Assembly: GCA_015068085.1 (NCBI GenBank)
Contig: SVLF01000007.1
Location: 6,361 to 70,360 of the forward strand
Source of the DNA: Oscillospiraceae bacterium
GTDB lineage: Bacteria; Bacillota; Clostridia; Oscillospirales; JAAYXM01
Direction of reading: 5' to 3'
Length of the DNA: 64,000 nucleotides
In this document: one piece after another, positions 59,746-64,000 of the stretch
Numbering within the stretch: position 1 is the stretch's first letter
How the letters are laid out: the number at the start of each line of letters is the position of its first letter
The notes under the pieces: generated by a model
The model's input: only the letters and a program-made list of their open reading frames with translations
Databases searched by the model: none
Told to the model about the DNA's origin: nothing
Made by a program: the position numbers and the translations under genes

Positions 59746-61044
59746 TTATGCGCCGTATGCCTTAAGTGACTTGATGTTCATATCGACAAGGCGATAAAGC
59801 AGGAAGCGTGAAACAACAAGCACTGTAAACATCGAGATTACAACACCGAGACCAAGCGTAATTGCAAAGCCGCGGATAGTTCCCATACCGAAGCAGTAAA
59901 GAACAACTGCAGCGATAAGGGTTGTTACGTTGGAGTCTAAAATTGCGGTGAACGCGCGCTTAAAGCCTGCATCAATGGATGCCTTAAGTGTCTTACCAAC
60001 GCGGAGCTCTTCCTTGATTCTCTCATAGATAATAACGTTTGCGTCAACCGCCATACCGATTGAAAGGATGATACCTGCAATACCCGGGAGAGAAAGGTTG
60101 ACTTTAAGAAGCGACATAATCACAACTAAAAGTGCTGTGTAGAAAGCAAGAGAGATGCTTGCAACAACACCAGAGAGACGGTAGATAAGAATCATAAAGA
60201 GCATAACGAGAAGAAGACCGATAAAGCCTGCGAAAAGGCTTGTCTCAAGTGCTTTTTCACCGAGAGTAGGTCCAACCGAGCGAAGCTCAATTTCCTCAAG
60301 AGCAAACGGGAGACGGCCGGAGTTGATGATGTTTGCAAGAGTCTTAGACTCTTCGCCGCCGGCAGGATTTAAGCTATCCTCACTGCCGATTGTGATAACA
60401 ACCTCTTCGGAGTTGATGCCTGTTGATGCGTAAGAAGCATCTACAAACGGACGGCTCTGGAGAGTTTCATCAAGATAAATGTCGATATAGTTCTTTTCGG
60501 CAGAAGCCTGGGAAGCAGCCTTCTTTGTTGCCTGAGTGAACTTCTCTCTTCCCTCGCTTGTGAGCGAAAGAACAACGTGGTGCTGGTTTGCGCCGTTTTC
60601 AGAAACCTGACCGTAAACGGATTCCGCACTCTTTACCTCGTTACCGGAGATAATGACGTTTCCGTCTGCATCGCGGAACTCAAGAACAGCGGTTTTTCCG
60701 AGAAGAGCGACCGCTTCTTCCGGATCGGTTACGGACGGAATCTCAACCGTGAGGCGCGTATCGCCTGCAGCAGTAACAGTTCCTTCTGTGTAATTTGCAG
60801 CATCAAGACGCTTGCGAAGAACAGTCTTTGCAATTTCCATATCTGCCTTTGACGGAGCAGAGCCGTCCTCTGTGCGTGCCTCAAACGTAATCATCGCACC
60901 GCCCTGAAGGTCAAGTCCGAGACGGATACCGTCTGTTGCACTCGGGATTTCGACAACGCCAAGGTTAAGACCGCTGATTGTGGTTGCAATAAACACTGCA
61001 ATAACAGCAACAACAGCGACAAACCAAAGTATGCCTTTTTTCAT
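59746..61044 (-). CDS. secD: Protein translocase subunit SecD
   Basis: LGLDLQGG, VGPTLG, GMAVDANVIIYERIKEE. Confidence 0.96.
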   Translation of the reverse strand: MKKGILWFVAVVAVIAVFIATTISGLNLGVVEIPSATDGIRLGLDLQGGAMITFEARTEDGSAPSKADMEIAKTVLRKRLDAANYTEGTVTAAGDTRLTVEIPSVTDPEEAVALLGKTAVLEFRDADGNVIISGNEVKSAESVYGQVSENGANQHHVVLSLTSEGREKFTQATKKAASQASAEKNYIDIYLDETLQSRPFVDASYASTGINSEEVVITIGSEDSLNPAGGEESKTLANIINSGRLPFALEEIELRSVGPTLGEKALETSLFAGFIGLLLVMLFMILIYRLSGVVASISLAFYTALLVVIMSLLKVNLSLPGIAGIILSIGMAVDANVIIYERIKEELRVGKTLKASIDAGFKRAFTAILDSNVTTLIAAVVLYCFGMGTIRGFAITLGLGVVISMFTVLVVSRFLLYRLVDMNIKSLKAYGA

Positions 61045-61159
61045 TTGTATAACCTCCTCTTTTGCGCAAAACTCTTTATAGCCATATTTTTACATTTTGC
61101 GCACAATAAATATTATATAATTTTTAACCGGTTTAGTCAATAGCGAAAATTCTGTTTCC

Positions 61160-62590
61160 TTAAACTTTAAGCTCTGCCTCGGTTTCAATTTCCGCACTGT
61201 ACTTTTCGATTGCCGGATATACGAAGTCACGCAAAAACTCCGTAACCTGCGAGGCACTTCTGCCCGTATAGTTTTTCGGGTCGAGATTCTTCACAATCTC
61301 TTCCTTCGTCATACCGAATGCCGGGTCTGCGGCAATGCGGTCGATAAGGTCGTTTGCCTCGCCGTCCTCCTTCACGCGCTTACCCGCTGCAAGGGAGTGG
61401 GTTCTGATAAGCTCGTGAAGCTCCTGACGGTCTCCGCCGCGCTTTACTGCATCCATCATTATGTTCTCCGATGCCATAAACGGAAGCTCTTCCATAACAC
61501 GGCGACGGATTACCTTCGGGTAAACAACAAAGCCTGAGGCGATGTTTAAGTAAATTGAAAGAATTGCGTCCGTTGCAAGGAATGCCTCAGAAACCGCAAG
61601 GCGCTTGTTTGCAGAGTCGTCAAGAGTTCTTTCAAACCACTGCGTTGCCGCAGTGAGCGCCGGGTTCTGAGCAGTTGCGATGACAAACTTTGAAAGTGCG
61701 CATATACGCTCGGAGCGCATCGGATTTCTCTTATACGGCATTGCGGATGAACCGATCTGCTTCTTTTCAAACGGCTCTTCCATTTCCTTGAGATTTGAGA
61801 GAAGGCGAAGGTCCGTTGCAAACTTGCAGGCACTCTGCGCAATTCCCGAGAGAGTTGCAAGAGCCACAGAGTCAATCTTTCTTGAATACGTCTGTCCCGA
61901 AACAGGAATTACGCCGTCAAAGCCGAGCTCCTCTGCAATATATTCTTCCATCTTTTTGATTTTTTCTTCATCGCCGTCAAAAAGCTCCATAAAGCTCGCC
62001 TGTGTTCCCGTTGTTCCCTTAGAGCCGAGAAGGCGCATTGCATCAATGCGGAACTCAAGCTCGGAAAGGTCGTAGAGAAGCTCGTTAATCCAGAGCGTTG
62101 CGCGCTTACCTACGGTTGTAAGCTGTGCCGGCTGGTAGTGGGTAAAACCGAGAGTCGGCATATCCTTATACGCATCTGCAAACTTTGCAAGCGCGGAAAT
62201 AACGCTTACAAGGCGCTGGCGGATAAGCTTTAAGGCGTCGCGCATAATGATAAGGTCTGTGTTGTCGCCGACGTAGCAGCTTGTCGCACCGAGGTGGATT
62301 ATCCCCTTTGCATTCGGGCACTGAAGACCGTATGCGTAAACATGGGACATAACGTCGTGGCGGACTTCCTTCTCGCGCTTTTCCGCATCCTCATAGTTTA
62401 TGTTGTCGCGGTTGCGCTCAAGCTCGTCAATCTGCTCCTGAGTTACAGGAAGGCCCAGCTTCATCTCAGCACGCGCAAGAGCAATCCAGAGCTTTCTCCA
62501 GGTTTTGAATTTTACATCGGGAGAGAAAAGCTCAAGCATCTCCTTACTTGCATATCTTCCCGAAAGCGGTGATTCATATGTGTTTCTCAT
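61160..62590 (-). CDS. purB: Adenylosuccinate lyase
   Basis: RHDVM, HLGATS, THYQPAQ, GSSAMPYKRNP. Confidence 0.97.
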   Translation of the reverse strand: MRNTYESPLSGRYASKEMLELFSPDVKFKTWRKLWIALARAEMKLGLPVTQEQIDELERNRDNINYEDAEKREKEVRHDVMSHVYAYGLQCPNAKGIIHLGATSCYVGDNTDLIIMRDALKLIRQRLVSVISALAKFADAYKDMPTLGFTHYQPAQLTTVGKRATLWINELLYDLSELEFRIDAMRLLGSKGTTGTQASFMELFDGDEEKIKKMEEYIAEELGFDGVIPVSGQTYSRKIDSVALATLSGIAQSACKFATDLRLLSNLKEMEEPFEKKQIGSSAMPYKRNPMRSERICALSKFVIATAQNPALTAATQWFERTLDDSANKRLAVSEAFLATDAILSIYLNIASGFVVYPKVIRRRVMEELPFMASENIMMDAVKRGGDRQELHELIRTHSLAAGKRVKEDGEANDLIDRIAADPAFGMTKEEIVKNLDPKNYTGRSASQVTEFLRDFVYPAIEKYSAEIETEAELKV

Positions 62591-62604
62591 AATCAATTAT
62601 TCCT

Positions 62605-63885
62605 TTAACCCATAATCTTTTCAAGCGCCGCAAGCTTTGTACAGAGGCACAGAAGCTCGGATGCCGTTTTAAGTTCATCAACGGTCGGATAAGTCGGTGC
62701 AATTCGAAGGTTTGTATCCTTGGGGTCGTTTCCGTACGGGAACGTTGCACCACAGCCTGTCATAACAACACCTGCATCCGCCATAAGCTTGTGAACACGC
62801 TTTGCCGTGCCGGGTAATACATCCAGGCTTATAAAGTATCCGCCGCGCGGTGCTGTCCACTCTGCAATATCGAGCCCTGAAAGCTCGCTGTCCAATGCAT
62901 TGAGAACGGTTTCAAACTTCGGACCGATAAGAGCAGCATGCTTCTTCATATGCGCCATAACGCCGTCTAAGTTTTTAAAATACTTTACATGGCGGAGCTG
63001 GTTAATCTTGTCCGGACCTATCATCTGATATGTCATAACCTTCTTTGCCGCCGCGATGTTTGCCTCGCTCATTGCCATTGCACCGACACCGGCACCCGGG
63101 AACGAAATCTTGGAGGTTGAAGCAAAAATATAAACCATATCCTCTTTTCCGTTCTTGCGGCATTCATCGAGAATACCGAGGAGCTTATCGCCCTCGTCGT
63201 AAAGGTCGTGTACGCAATATGCGTTATCCCAGAATATTCTGAAATCCTCTGCCGCAGGGTTGAGAGCCGCAAATGCACGGACAACATCATCTGAATATGT
63301 TATACCGCTCGGGTTAGAGTATTTCGGAACGCACCAGATACCCTTGACCGCGGCATCGTTTTCCACATACTTTCTGACCTCATCCATATCCGGGCCGTCA
63401 GCATTCATGGAAATCGGAATCATCTTAATTCCGAAGCACTCGCAGATACCGAAGTGGCGGTCATATCCCGGAACGGGACAGAGGAATTTAACCTCCGGAA
63501 GCTTGCACCACGGAGTGCTTCCCATAACGCCGTGGGTAACGGAGCGGGAAACCATATCAAACATCATCGTAAGGCTTGCGTTTCCGCCGATAACAACCTC
63601 TGACGGTGAAACGCCGAGAATTTCGGCAAAAAGTGCCTTCATTTCCGGAATACCGTCAATTCCGCCATAGTTACGGACATCGGGAGAAACATCTGCAACA
63701 TCGCCGTTTTTCGAAATTGCCGTGAACAGCCCTTCGCATATATCAAGCTGGTCCGGTGCCGGCTTTCCTCTTGACATATCAAGACGGAGGCCTCTTGCAA
63801 CGTATTCTGCATAAGTCTTCTGAAGGTCTGCGTAAAGCTCTGCCGCGGCTTCGCGTGACAGTGAGCTGTAAGAAACTTTTTTCAT
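62605..63885 (-). CDS. PLP-dependent class I/II aminotransferase
   Basis: LDMSRGKP, PGYDRH, PKYSNP, WDNAY, STSKI, GGYF, LRIAPT; AGGAG SD. Confidence 0.92.
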   Translation of the reverse strand: MKKVSYSSLSREAAAELYADLQKTYAEYVARGLRLDMSRGKPAPDQLDICEGLFTAISKNGDVADVSPDVRNYGGIDGIPEMKALFAEILGVSPSEVVIGGNASLTMMFDMVSRSVTHGVMGSTPWCKLPEVKFLCPVPGYDRHFGICECFGIKMIPISMNADGPDMDEVRKYVENDAAVKGIWCVPKYSNPSGITYSDDVVRAFAALNPAAEDFRIFWDNAYCVHDLYDEGDKLLGILDECRKNGKEDMVYIFASTSKISFPGAGVGAMAMSEANIAAAKKVMTYQMIGPDKINQLRHVKYFKNLDGVMAHMKKHAALIGPKFETVLNALDSELSGLDIAEWTAPRGGYFISLDVLPGTAKRVHKLMADAGVVMTGCGATFPYGNDPKDTNLRIAPTYPTVDELKTASELLCLCTKLAALEKIMG

Positions 63886-63910
63886 ATATGAATAACTCCT
63901 AAAATAAAAT

Positions 63911-64000
63911 TTACAAAAGCTTGCCCGTGCATCTCGGGAACGGGAGAACATCGCGGATGTTTGATATTCCCGTGAGGTACATTATAAGACGTTCAAAGCC
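63911..64000 (-). CDS. asnS: Asparagine--tRNA ligase, last 29 residues (truncated by window)
   Basis: GFERLIMYLTGISNIRDVLPFPR class II motif 3. Confidence 0.8.
   Translation of the reverse strand, partial: GFERLIMYLTGISNIRDVLPFPRCTGKLL

Overview
Chromosomal window from a spore-forming Clostridia-type (Bacillota) bacterium, probably Oscillospiraceae-like (inferred from gene content). The housekeeping backbone is murB-rapZ-yvcK-whiA-dnaE-pfkA, gltX/glnS, dinB, guaB, degV, yebC, secDF, purB and the 3' end of asnS. Accessory content: (i) an ~11-kb integrative element in tRNA-Ala(GGC) (20018-31102, 50-bp att repeats) carrying a tyrosine integrase, a WYL regulator with a palindromic operator, a PIN-like/2TM putative defence effector, a structured RNA, an SLH protein, a resolvase, a SprT-like protease, an XRE switch and a putative replication module; (ii) three toxin-antitoxin modules; (iii) a Gram-positive uronic-acid polysaccharide utilisation locus with a shared, fixed-position promoter motif. 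The most notable unexplained signals are two sequence-divergent but architecturally matching attenuator-like RNAs (about 15240-15417 and 24467-24696), an identical 18-bp palindrome at the WYL promoter and inside sprT, a TA islet flanked by a duplicated gene 3' end, a 76% Asn/Gln micro-protein behind a sigG-like promoter, and a multi-hairpin ATATCG element. All calls come from reading the sequence by eye; no database searches were run.
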